NCBI GenBank assembly: GCA_038845975.1
Contig: JAWBQF010000034.1
Location: 1 to 26,009 of the forward strand
Reading direction: 5' to 3'
DNA from: Candidatus Methanomethylicia archaeon
Lineage (GTDB): Archaea > Thermoproteota > Methanomethylicia > CALHIW01
DNA: 26,009 nucleotides
The position numbers and the translations under genes were made by a program. Shown here in pieces: positions 1 through 8,385 of this stretch; the first letter of the stretch is position 1, and each line of letters begins with the position of its first letter. The notes under the pieces are model-generated. The model did no database searches. It saw nothing but the letters and a program-made list of their open reading frames with translations, and had not been told where the DNA came from.

Positions 1-110
1 GAACCCAATGCCATACCAATACATGGCTCACATCAACAACCCGACAGACGTAAGCAATATCCCTATAACTAAGCCCAGCCATGTAGGGAATACATGCCCT
101 TAGCTTCTTT
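1..110 (-). pseudogene. IS6-family transposase N-terminal (HTH) relic, cut by the window edge
   Basis: Minus-strand translation KKLRACIPYMAGLSYRDIAYVCRVVDVSHVLVWHWV matches the archaeal IS6 pattern Y..GLS.R.....SH..VW.WV. No start codon is visible, and it ends next to an IS5-like terminus. Confidence 0.6.
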
Positions 111-118
111 TAAGCGAA

Positions 119-135
119 ACCTTATCTGAAAACTC
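119..135. mobile_element. Isolated IS5-like terminal repeat
   Basis: ACCTTATCTGAAAACTC resembles the ends of the IS5 relic at 5575 (GAACTTGTCTGAAAACT) and 5881. Confidence 0.4.
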
Positions 136-147
136 CTTTATCTCTTA

Positions 148-204
148 GGGCTTTGAGAAGCTTACCTATTAATATCACCTCCAAAGAATAACTTCTCAAA
201 GCCC
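148..204. repeat. 57-bp element with perfect 13-bp inverted ends (possible ultra-short IS6-type MITE)
   Basis: GGGCTTTGAGAAG (148-160) and CTTCTCAAAGCCC (192-204). The GGCTTTG core is shared with the IS6 TIRs in this window. No TSD. Confidence 0.5.
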
Positions 205-312
205 CTCAAAAATCTAAAAGTAACAGTATCCTTGCTAGATATCATTAACTTTAAATACTACTATTTGCTTAAAGCTATTTAGGCTGAGTTGAATTTTGGG
301 GTGCTGAGTGAT

Positions 313-406
313 GGGCCGGTAGCTCAGTTTGGAATGAGCGCCCGCTTGGCATGCGGGAGTTCAGTATTGTGACCCGAAGCCGCGGGTTCAAATCCCGCCC
401 GGTCCA
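313..406 (+). tRNA. tRNA-Ala(GGC) with a 19-nt intron at non-canonical position 45/46 (360-378)
   Basis: Cloverleaf with acceptor GGGCCGG/CCGGTCC-A, anticodon arm CCCGC-TTGGCAT-GCGGG and T arm GCGGG-TTCAAAT-CCCGC. The insert forms a bulge-helix-bulge: CGGG/CCCG with bulges AG^T and AA^G. Confidence 0.93.
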
Positions 407-786
407 TAACAAATAGTAGACAACCAAGAGTTGTTAGAGAGTACCAAAAATTAGGCTTTAAAGAAATCCCACTTTATGATAGTAAATAATAAGTAGAACT
501 ATGACTTTAGATAAGTTTTCAATTAACTATAGTAATTCAAGATGTATCCAATTTATTAGTAGTTAGTTATGATGATTCATGAAACTTTTTATACTTTGTT
601 CTCTGTGAATCTGCCTAAACTCTATTATTTAAGTTGACGCCCAAATTTCTTAATGGTTTATTCAGATTACTCTAAAATTCTTTGAAAACTACAAATTCAA
701 TATTATAACAAGAGATAACATAAGATAAATATGTATAAAAATTTCACGAACCATTAATTGTTAACTGAAAACTTTCAGAATACTAG

Positions 787-900
787 CGCCGGGGGTGGGA
801 TTTGAACCCACGCGGTCATAATGACCAATGGCTTACTAGTTCAACCCTGAACTATGAAATGATCTCGAGGCCATCGCCCTAGCCACTAGGCGACCCCGGC
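787..900 (-). tRNA. tRNA-Ser(CGA) with a ~30-nt intron at 37/38 (834-863)
   Basis: Acceptor GCCGGGG/CCCCGGC-G, anticodon stem ATGGC/GCCAT with loop CTCGAG|A, long variable arm GGTCATTATGACC, T loop TTCAAAT. Confidence 0.92.
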
Positions 901-973
901 TCCATTCTAATAAGGTTTAGATATTTTTATAGTTCACCTAATTTAATATTAGTTATATTGCTATGGTGAGTTC

Positions 974-2440
974 ATGACGGAGAAAATTGAAAAAATTACT
1001 GAAAGATTCATTATGGAGGGTATGTGTTTGGCACCAGAAGCCTTAGATTTCCTAATTAAGTTGGAGAAACCCTTGGAGGCTGTTGAACAGATAATAACTG
1101 ATATTAAAAGAGACGGTAATCCTCCTGTAATATTGACTTTGGAGCTTTTAAAAAAATATTCACGTGAAGTAAATGTTACAACCACACAAGTAACACCTAA
1201 AAAGTTAAGAAGACCATATGCAAAAGAAATCAACTCAGATATTAAAGTTAGGAAATGTATAACTAACAACATAGCTTGCAGAAATAGTATTGATGATTTT
1301 GTTAAGTATTTCAGAAGTAGGCTGCAAAAAATAAGGCAGATATACGTTAAAAATGGAATTCAAACAATAAAGATTTCTGATGCTTACACAGCTCAAACTG
1401 AAGTTAGAGTTATAGGAATAGTTACAGATATTAGGGAAAGGGGAAATATTGTTACATTTGAGCTTGAAGATGAAGAAGCAAACATAAAGGTAATAGTAAC
1501 TTCTGAAGATTTAAAAATGAGGATGCAGTATGTAACTCTCGATTCAATAGTATGTGTTATAGGAAAAGTATGGAATGAGAAGCTTTATGCAATAGATATA
1601 GCCCTCCCAGATATACCATTAGATAGAAAATGTAATAAAAGTGTAGAGAAAATATATGCATTAATAATTAGTGATACACACATAGGAAGCAAATTATTTC
1701 TAGAAGCTTCTTTCAAAAAAATGCTAAATTGGATTAAAAATGAAAATAACAATCAAAGAGAAATAACAGACCGAATAAAGTATGTGATATTTGCTGGAGA
1801 TTTAGTAGATGGAATTGGAATATATCCTGAACAAGAAAAAGAACTGCAAATAAGGGATATATATGCACAATATAAAAGGGCCTTTCAACTAATAGATGAA
1901 ATTCCTGAATGGATAGAAATTATAATGATACCTGGAAATCATGATGCAACCAGACCAACCCTTCCAGCACCACCAATTTTTAGAAATTATGCTGAGCAAT
2001 TATATGAGAAATCAAACATTCATATGCTAAGCGATCCTGTACTAGTATCTATTCACAGTGTTTTATTCTTAATATCACATGGAAGAAGTCTTGATGATTT
2101 ACTTACGACACTACCAAATGCAACATTTAGTAATCCTACAAGAGCATTAAAGGGAATATTAAAAATGAGACATTTAGCACCAATATATGGTCAAAAAACA
2201 CCCATATTTCCATTAAGGGAAGATTTACTTGTTATAGATGATGTACCGGATGTATTTATAACAGGCCATATACATGTATTTGATTATGCAATATATAGAA
2301 ATACTTCATTAATATCCTGTAGTGCATGGCAAAATGTAAGTACTTATCAGAAAATGATGGGAATAATTCCGACAGTTGGAAAAGCAATACTTATCGATCT
2401 AAGTGATCCTTTAAGAATACTTACTAAGAGTTTTATATAA
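974..2440 (+). CDS. polB: DNA polymerase D small subunit DP1 (3'-5' exonuclease)
   Basis: OB fold plus calcineurin-like phosphoesterase motifs SDTH, GDLVDG, PGNHD, SHG, GHIH and RHLAPIYG. GGTGA Shine-Dalgarno upstream; adjacent to cdc6. Confidence 0.95.
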   Translation: MTEKIEKITERFIMEGMCLAPEALDFLIKLEKPLEAVEQIITDIKRDGNPPVILTLELLKKYSREVNVTTTQVTPKKLRRPYAKEINSDIKVRKCITNNIACRNSIDDFVKYFRSRLQKIRQIYVKNGIQTIKISDAYTAQTEVRVIGIVTDIRERGNIVTFELEDEEANIKVIVTSEDLKMRMQYVTLDSIVCVIGKVWNEKLYAIDIALPDIPLDRKCNKSVEKIYALIISDTHIGSKLFLEASFKKMLNWIKNENNNQREITDRIKYVIFAGDLVDGIGIYPEQEKELQIRDIYAQYKRAFQLIDEIPEWIEIIMIPGNHDATRPTLPAPPIFRNYAEQLYEKSNIHMLSDPVLVSIHSVLFLISHGRSLDDLLTTLPNATFSNPTRALKGILKMRHLAPIYGQKTPIFPLREDLLVIDDVPDVFITGHIHVFDYAIYRNTSLISCSAWQNVSTYQKMMGIIPTVGKAILIDLSDPLRILTKSFI

Positions 2441-2671
2441 TTTAGCTAAACGTTTATGTTTTGTTTTATGTTTAACGCTTATGTCAACCTGTAATTGATG
2501 TGTTTATAGAGTTAATCTTTCCTTAAATTATTTAGTATAAAGTTTCATAGACTATATTAAGCTTATAACTGCTTCAATAGACCGTGTGGAAGGGGATATC
2601 CCTCAAGACCTAAGATAATGAAATACTATATGCTCTTCTATAAACTGAAGACAAGTTATCAAGCAAACATA

Positions 2672-3889
2672 TTACAAATCAGTTAGTTGACTTATTATAC
2701 TTTGTAATCTAACATCATCTTTTAATGCCTCTTTTAACGATCGCTCTTCAACAGCAAGCTTAATAATTTTAGTTCTTCCGTAGCGACCCATACTTATTAG
2801 TTTTGAATTTATTAATCCTAGAGTATCAAGTTCATTAATTAAATCACTAACTCTACGTTGTGTTACAAAATCAAAGGATATTTTCTTACATAAATTTTTA
2901 TAAACATTATAAACTTCACCAGTAGTTATTGTTACATTTTTCTTTGATTTTTCAATAAGATATATGGCTATCAGTACAAGTTTTGTATGTAATGGAAGTG
3001 TAGCAATGCCCTCAACTACTTTGTCATGCTCACTTTCAATTTGGGCCATTCTGACATGTTTTTCCTCAACAATAGGAGAATTTTCCCTTTCGGCGATTTC
3101 GCCAGAAATTCTAAGAAGATCTAAGGCTCTTCTACAATCACCGTAGTCTCTAGCAGCCAGAGCAGCACATAGTGGTATTACAGAAGAAGACAAGACACCT
3201 TCATAAAAGGCGGAAAGCGCTCTTTTACTTAAAATATTTTCAAGTTCCATAGCATTATAAGGAGGAAATAATATCTCCTCTTCACCAAGTCCCGAACGAA
3301 TTCTTGAATCTAAATACTCCATGAATTTTAAATCATTTGTAATCCCAATAATACTAAGTTTGCTTTTACGAAGATTAGTATTAGTTCTTGTTAGTTGGTA
3401 TAAAATATCATCACCACTCTTTTTAATAAGCGAATCAACTTCATCAAGAATAAGAATTGCTAGACCTTCAATAGACTCTAGTGCAAGAAGAGTACGTCTA
3501 AAAAGTTCAGGAATACTTAAACCTGTAAAAGGAACTTCTTTTCCTAATCCTAAGCAAATACCTTCAAGAACACTGTAGTTAGTGCAACGGTCACGACAGT
3601 TAACGTAGATATCTCTTACAATGGAGTTAATGTTTATAGCCTCAGAAACAAGTCTTCTTAGGACATATTTAGTAACAGCTGTTTTACCTGTCCCGGGCTT
3701 ACCATAAATGAATACATTAGATGGACGATATCCTCTTAGAGCAGGAGCCAATATTTCAGCAAGTTTTGTGATTTGTTCATCTCGATGAGGAAGTTCGTCA
3801 GGAATATAGTCAGGTCTCAAAATTTCTCTATTTTTAAATATTTTAGATGTTAAGGCTTTCTTGAATATTAATGAGAGCTTATCAGACAA
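2672..3889 (-). CDS. cdc6: Orc1/Cdc6 replication initiator
   Basis: PDELPHRDEQI, Walker A GKPGTGKT, Walker B LDEVD, sensor-2 GDCRRALDLLR, C-terminal wH domain with GRYGRT. TTG start. Confidence 0.97.
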   Translation of the reverse strand: MSDKLSLIFKKALTSKIFKNREILRPDYIPDELPHRDEQITKLAEILAPALRGYRPSNVFIYGKPGTGKTAVTKYVLRRLVSEAININSIVRDIYVNCRDRCTNYSVLEGICLGLGKEVPFTGLSIPELFRRTLLALESIEGLAILILDEVDSLIKKSGDDILYQLTRTNTNLRKSKLSIIGITNDLKFMEYLDSRIRSGLGEEEILFPPYNAMELENILSKRALSAFYEGVLSSSVIPLCAALAARDYGDCRRALDLLRISGEIAERENSPIVEEKHVRMAQIESEHDKVVEGIATLPLHTKLVLIAIYLIEKSKKNVTITTGEVYNVYKNLCKKISFDFVTQRRVSDLINELDTLGLINSKLISMGRYGRTKIIKLAVEERSLKEALKDDVRLQSIISQLTDL

Positions 3890-3962
3890 AGAAAATCCCG
3901 ATGTATAGTAATACTTAAGAGTATATTTAGGTTTTGGTAAACCTTAAATACTATACAAAGTG

Positions 3963-4134
3963 ACATACACCCCTTTCTTTCCACTGAAAATTAGAATAAT
4001 ATTTTTATATTTTTATGTTATTATAAATATATTTATAATAACATGATAAATATTAACTTAAACAAAATATTGGGAGTAAATTATTACTCATAATTTTATG
4101 ATTATTTTTTCAGTGGAAAGAAAGGGGTGTATGT
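3963..4134. promoter_or_regulatory. oriC: Replication origin oriC: two inverted ORBs flanking an AT-rich DUE
   Basis: Perfect 28-bp inverted repeat at 3963-3990 and 4107-4134 (TTTTCAGTGGAAAGAAAGGGGTGTATGT), matching the ORB consensus with G-string. The 116 bp between them is very AT-rich. It lies immediately upstream of cdc6. Confidence 0.9.
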
Positions 4135-4135
4135 A

Positions 4136-5212
4136 CTAACTAATTTCTTCTAATTTATCAGGTATATATTCATCAACAATAAAAGATAAGCTATGTTTAC
4201 TTAAACTTTCCAGCTCAGCCTTCCTTCCTAATTCTTTAAACTCTCTTAACTGTTTTTTCCAAAAATCGGAATGGTATCTTCTATCTTGCATTAACTCTTC
4301 AAGTCGTTTTAAATCTCTTTCTTTCATAGGGAGTGTTGGTAATTTATACTTCTTAATATCTGTAGCCCATAACCCAATCCATTTTGCCTCAGGGGTAACA
4401 AGTCCTTTAATGTGAGCTGCGTTTGCAGAACCTGAAATGATAACCCCTGCAATATGTACTCCCCAAGGATCAGCATCTGTGAGAATATATACCGGTAACT
4501 TAAGTTCCTGATTTAATCTTCGTATTAAAAGTCTAGCAAAGCGTGGAGCCTGACCAGCAGTATCAATAAGTATAGCCTTAAATTTCTCATAAGCTTCTTC
4601 TTCTATAAATCTCCTAAAGATTCCATCCTTTTCAATAGCTATGACCATTTTCGCTCTACATTTCAAGAATTTCGCTGTTGCTATAGACATACCTATTGCC
4701 TTTCCATCAGGTGATGTCATTAAGTTCTCAATTTTACCTTTAAATTTTACTGGTACTTTATACTCAATATCAATATCTCCAAAAATTTTACTATTTTCTT
4801 TAGGGGTGAGTCCAAACTCTTCACGAGGTACTCCAAGTAATGCTTCAAGATCAGTTACAATTTCGTCAGACTCCTTTTGCTCTTCAAAATCAAGAATTGG
4901 AAAATTCTTTGATTGATAGTATAGTTCTCTCAAAGTAAAGCTCTTTCCATCCCTTAACAATCTTAATGAAAACCATGCTGTCCATATAAGTTGTGTAAGA
5001 GGCTTGATAAGTCTAATGTTACCAGCACTTCTTATCACTTTCTGAGGGCCAAGTATATACTGCCTTAATTTTTCATCATACACAATGTTATTAACATTTC
5101 GACTTGGGATCGATATCTTAGGGAAGACTCCACTTTCAATTTGTGCTACTATGTTTCCTCCTAATTCTTGAAGTTTCCTAAATATGTCCTCTTTATTTGA
5201 TTCTTCTTCCAT
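4136..5212 (-). CDS. top6A: DNA topoisomerase VI subunit A (Spo11-like)
   Basis: Catalytic Tyr motif TLRELYY, Toprim IEKDG and TDADPWG, C-terminal KAELESL. Probable start is ATG 5212; the ORF extends to 5239. Confidence 0.93.
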   Translation of the reverse strand: MEEESNKEDIFRKLQELGGNIVAQIESGVFPKISIPSRNVNNIVYDEKLRQYILGPQKVIRSAGNIRLIKPLTQLIWTAWFSLRLLRDGKSFTLRELYYQSKNFPILDFEEQKESDEIVTDLEALLGVPREEFGLTPKENSKIFGDIDIEYKVPVKFKGKIENLMTSPDGKAIGMSIATAKFLKCRAKMVIAIEKDGIFRRFIEEEAYEKFKAILIDTAGQAPRFARLLIRRLNQELKLPVYILTDADPWGVHIAGVIISGSANAAHIKGLVTPEAKWIGLWATDIKKYKLPTLPMKERDLKRLEELMQDRRYHSDFWKKQLREFKELGRKAELESLSKHSLSFIVDEYIPDKLEEIS

Positions 5213-5574
5213 AATAAATAAATTTAGCTTCTTCAACATAAATATTTTTAAATGATGAAAAAGCTGTTATGCATGTACATGATAAATAGTTTATTAAATA
5301 ATGAACTATTCAAATAGATAATTTCAAATATATAGTGTAAAGTTCCATTAAATCTTCAATAGTACATAGCTGTCACGTTAGAAAAATAATTGCTATTGAC
5401 TTATATCTGAGAAATTGTTACCTAGGTATCTAGAAAACAAAAATACTAACTCTAAATTTTTAAATCTACTAGAGAGTGATCATGACCTCACTTATATGAC
5501 TATAACTGATTTTTTGATTTTTTGTGACTTATTTAGTTAAAAATTTCAAAACATCGATTTTTCAATTTATCCTT

Positions 5575-5881
5575 GAACTTGTCTGAAAACTATTTAAATG
5601 TTTGTTAAACATTTAAATAGTGAGATTAGAGAATACCCTAAGCATAGAGGAATAAAGACAAACATAGACATCAACAAGAAAAATAGACGTAAACCTAAAC
5701 GTGGAAGACCATACAGACATAATGAGAAAGCATATAAGAGTATGAGGAGCACTATTGAAAGATTCTCGCATAGCTAACATCATTCAGAAGAATAACCATG
5801 AAGTAGAAGAAATCAGCATGTTCCTAGATTTCATACAAATAGCATGCGTAATAATACTACTAAGATTTTTCAGATGATTTC
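5575..5881 (+). mobile_element. Internally deleted IS5-family element (307 bp) with C-terminal transposase relic
   Basis: Imperfect TIRs (13/17 identical). Translation EIREYPKHRGIKTNIDINKKNRRKPKRGRPYRHNEKAYKSMRSTIERF / SFRRITMK / FLDFIQIACVIILLRFFR* is typical of IS5 DDE C-termini, with frameshifts and stops. Confidence 0.8.
5589..5621. repeat. Perfect 15-bp-arm hairpin
   Basis: ACTATTTAAATGTTT-GTT-AAACATTTAAATAGT. Confidence 0.85.
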
Positions 5882-6255
5882 TTTTAATTGAACAACTAGG
5901 ATTACAGCAAACTATTACCTTACTGGCGCTTAGTGTTCATTATAGTCTAGAACATGGCATAGAGACAAGTCTACTTTTACATTTCTAGATATTACTTGTG
6001 GATAAGGTATTTTAGTGTTCATCTGGAGATTAGATATGAAGCATTATGATTAGTGACTTGAACTCACGAAGATAATTGACAGTTAAAAGAAAGAGATTTA
6101 GTATTCTACAACTGATAATGATCAACTCCAAACTTTATATTGATAGCTTTATGGAAATACAGTTAAAAAATAATAGCATACATGTGCAAACTCCTAGTTC
6201 TGTCATCTGACTTTGACTATAGTTAACTTCACTTTTTAGGAAGAACTTAAGGCGG

Positions 6256-6275
6256 TACAGTTATGCATAACTGTA
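6256..6275. promoter_or_regulatory. Perfect 20-bp palindrome, candidate operator
   Basis: TACAGTTATGCATAACTGTA is its own reverse complement. The function is inferred only. Confidence 0.45.
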
Positions 6276-6369
6276 TACCTATCTTTACGAGAACTTAAAT
6301 TAGATTTCTAAGTTATTCAAAATTCAATTGAGCTTATTTCACAGCAATTTGCTGTAAATTCACCTAATT

Positions 6370-6392
6370 CCCCCCACAATTTCCACTGGAAC
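6370..6392 (-). promoter_or_regulatory. Third ORB element
   Basis: Minus strand reads GTTCCAGTGGAAATTGTGGGGGG, a canonical ORB dyad plus G-string. Confidence 0.8.
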
Positions 6393-6567
6393 AACTGCAA
6401 AGAAAAAGGTTGCTTCTTTGCTGTTCTCTATCTTCTATAATAGATGTGAAAATTGTAAATCATTCTTTTTATTCCATAAATACTCTCCTAAAAACTCTTA
6501 TCTTGTTAATTCACATCAAAAAGTTAATAAACAAGTGTTGAAAAATGGTTAATTAGGAGAGAATTCT

Positions 6568-6996
6568 ATGACTCAAAAATGGAAAATTGAAATTACAAAT
6601 CCAAAAGGCGATAAGTTTACAATATCTACTAGCGACTATAATTTGGTCCTTAAAGTATATTCAGTACTACTTGAATTCGCTAATATTAGTAATGAAACTG
6701 GTATGCGTAATAATATCAGTATGAAAGATACTAAACTAAAGAATAGGCAGCCATTACGTGAAAAAGTATTAGAAGTTATTAAAAATAAATTAGTAGACAT
6801 ATGGTTCAATAGTAAGGATTTATGTGATGTTTTTTTCGAATACTATGGCATTGGAATAAAGTTCAGTACCGCATCCACATATTTAATGAGGTTATATCAT
6901 GAAGGACTCTTAGAGCGTAAAGGCCGTAGAGGTAATTTTAGGTATTGTCTAAAAGAAAGTTTACTAACAACAAATAAATTGTTAGTAGATAATTGA
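6568..6996 (+). CDS. Uncharacterised winged-helix DNA-binding protein with small N-terminal beta domain
   Basis: AGGAG Shine-Dalgarno. C-terminal wHTH pattern WFNSKDL...FSTASTYLMRLYHEGLLERKG...FRY. Confidence 0.8.
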   Translation: MTQKWKIEITNPKGDKFTISTSDYNLVLKVYSVLLEFANISNETGMRNNISMKDTKLKNRQPLREKVLEVIKNKLVDIWFNSKDLCDVFFEYYGIGIKFSTASTYLMRLYHEGLLERKGRRGNFRYCLKESLLTTNKLLVDN

Positions 6997-7200
6997 CTAG
7001 TTAGTTCCTATATAATAACTCGTATTAGACGAATATAAGTTTTCTATTTCATGCTCAAGGGGTGTATGTTTAAACTTAAGGAACACATTATGAAAAACTA
7101 GACAAGACAAACTTAGCATACTGTAACTTTTCAGGCTGTCCTGTTGAAGACCTTTGCGATAAGTTTATAGTACTATCTAATATGACTACTGGTTAGAAGA

Positions 7201-7764
7201 TCATACTATCTTCATAATTTCTTCAGTTTTACTTTCAGATATTTTATATTCATAAGGCCATTTTGTTTCGTCTCTGACTAAGTATCCCATATCAGTCAAG
7301 GTCTTTAATCTTCTTGTAGTATGTTCCCTTCCTTTTCCGATGGCTGAAGCTATCTTCGATGCTCCAAGCTTTCCTAATTCAGGCGTTTCAATAAGTACCT
7401 TCAATATCAACCTATCAGTCTTATTTAACTTAAACGTATTCCCTTTATTCTTAGCATCATTTTCTTCCTTATATCCCTTAATAGCTGTAGTTTTCAATAC
7501 TCCCTTATGCTGTTCAATTTCGGTATTAGTTGATAGCTTAACTCTAGACCCTAATGCAATTTGTTCATAAATTTCCTCAATGTGAGTTGTAATATATCGT
7601 AAATCCATTTTTATCTTATTAATATCTGACTCTATATATGAAATCTTATCATCTACTATTCTTTGAGCCGATCGTATTCGCAAAATTTCATTAAATATCT
7701 GATTTATTAATTCAATAATGTTGTCCTCTAATGTCCTCTTTTTCAATACTGACAACACTATCAC
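7201..7764 (-). CDS. Coiled-coil plus C-terminal winged-helix protein
   Basis: Heptad-rich N-terminus. C-terminal TDRLILKVL...ASKIASAIGKGREHTTRRLKTLTDMGYLVRD...YEYKI. Confidence 0.8.
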   Translation of the reverse strand: MIVLSVLKKRTLEDNIIELINQIFNEILRIRSAQRIVDDKISYIESDINKIKMDLRYITTHIEEIYEQIALGSRVKLSTNTEIEQHKGVLKTTAIKGYKEENDAKNKGNTFKLNKTDRLILKVLIETPELGKLGASKIASAIGKGREHTTRRLKTLTDMGYLVRDETKWPYEYKISESKTEEIMKIV

Positions 7765-8279
7765 TACAGATAGTAATGAATTGTAACTTATATATTTTGC
7801 TCTAATTTTCTTTTAATCAAAATCACAATTCTGACATATGTTAAAGTTATACGATTTTAATAATAAACATCTAATATATACAACAAGGTTTTACTAAACT
7901 ATAGGACTTTAGAAATATGATAAGTCAAATAAAAGTAAAATCACAATCTCTAATCAAATAAGAGTATTAATGCTCTTACCATAAAAGGACCGAACCCTCA
8001 AAGCTCTATTTTTTATCACTCTTTCAATAACTTGGTTATTAACCCTTATCATAAATATGCTCTTCACATTTCTTACGACAATCTTCGGTTGCTAGCTGTT
8101 TGCTCAAATATTTGTTACTTTGTCTTTTCTTACTTATTTTGTTTATTTGATTTCTCATATCTTTTGAGCAGGTTTTGACAAATATGTAAATTGCCACGAC
8201 ATATTTAAACTAAGACTATGATTTAGCGAAACTACACGAAGACTATAGTATTTGAAAATCTCCCACATAACGGCAATAA

Positions 8280-8385
8280 TTGAATTCATTAGGTATACTA
8301 TTATGCATGCTATTTGTATGAATACTTGGAATGTTAATGGTAGCCCCTCATATCTTACTATCGTTATTTCTCTAATGCTGTCAGT
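8280..8385 (-). pseudogene. IS5-family transposase C-terminal relic
   Basis: SIREITIVRYEGLPLTFQVFIQIACIIVYL resembles the IS5 C-terminus and the relic at 5780-5877. Confidence 0.65.

Noticed and set aside
961-1272. Antisense ORFs in the track (also 2964, 3321, 4641, 7340, 9033, 11590, 11882, 14961, 22791, 23440, 25033, 25477)
   Set aside because: They are shadows lying opposite well-supported genes and have no recognisable motifs.
2584-2602. GTGTGGAAGGGGATATCCC, a mini-ORB-like sequence with a short palindrome downstream of cdc6
   Set aside because: It lacks the TTCCA half of the dyad and the spacing to the G-string; too weak to call.
5882-6240. Short open frames upstream of top6A, examined as a possible top6B relic
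   Set aside because: No GHKL or other Top6B motif was recognised.
6256-6275. Palindrome considered as an Xer dif site
   Set aside because: It has no 11-6-11 architecture and sits near the origin.
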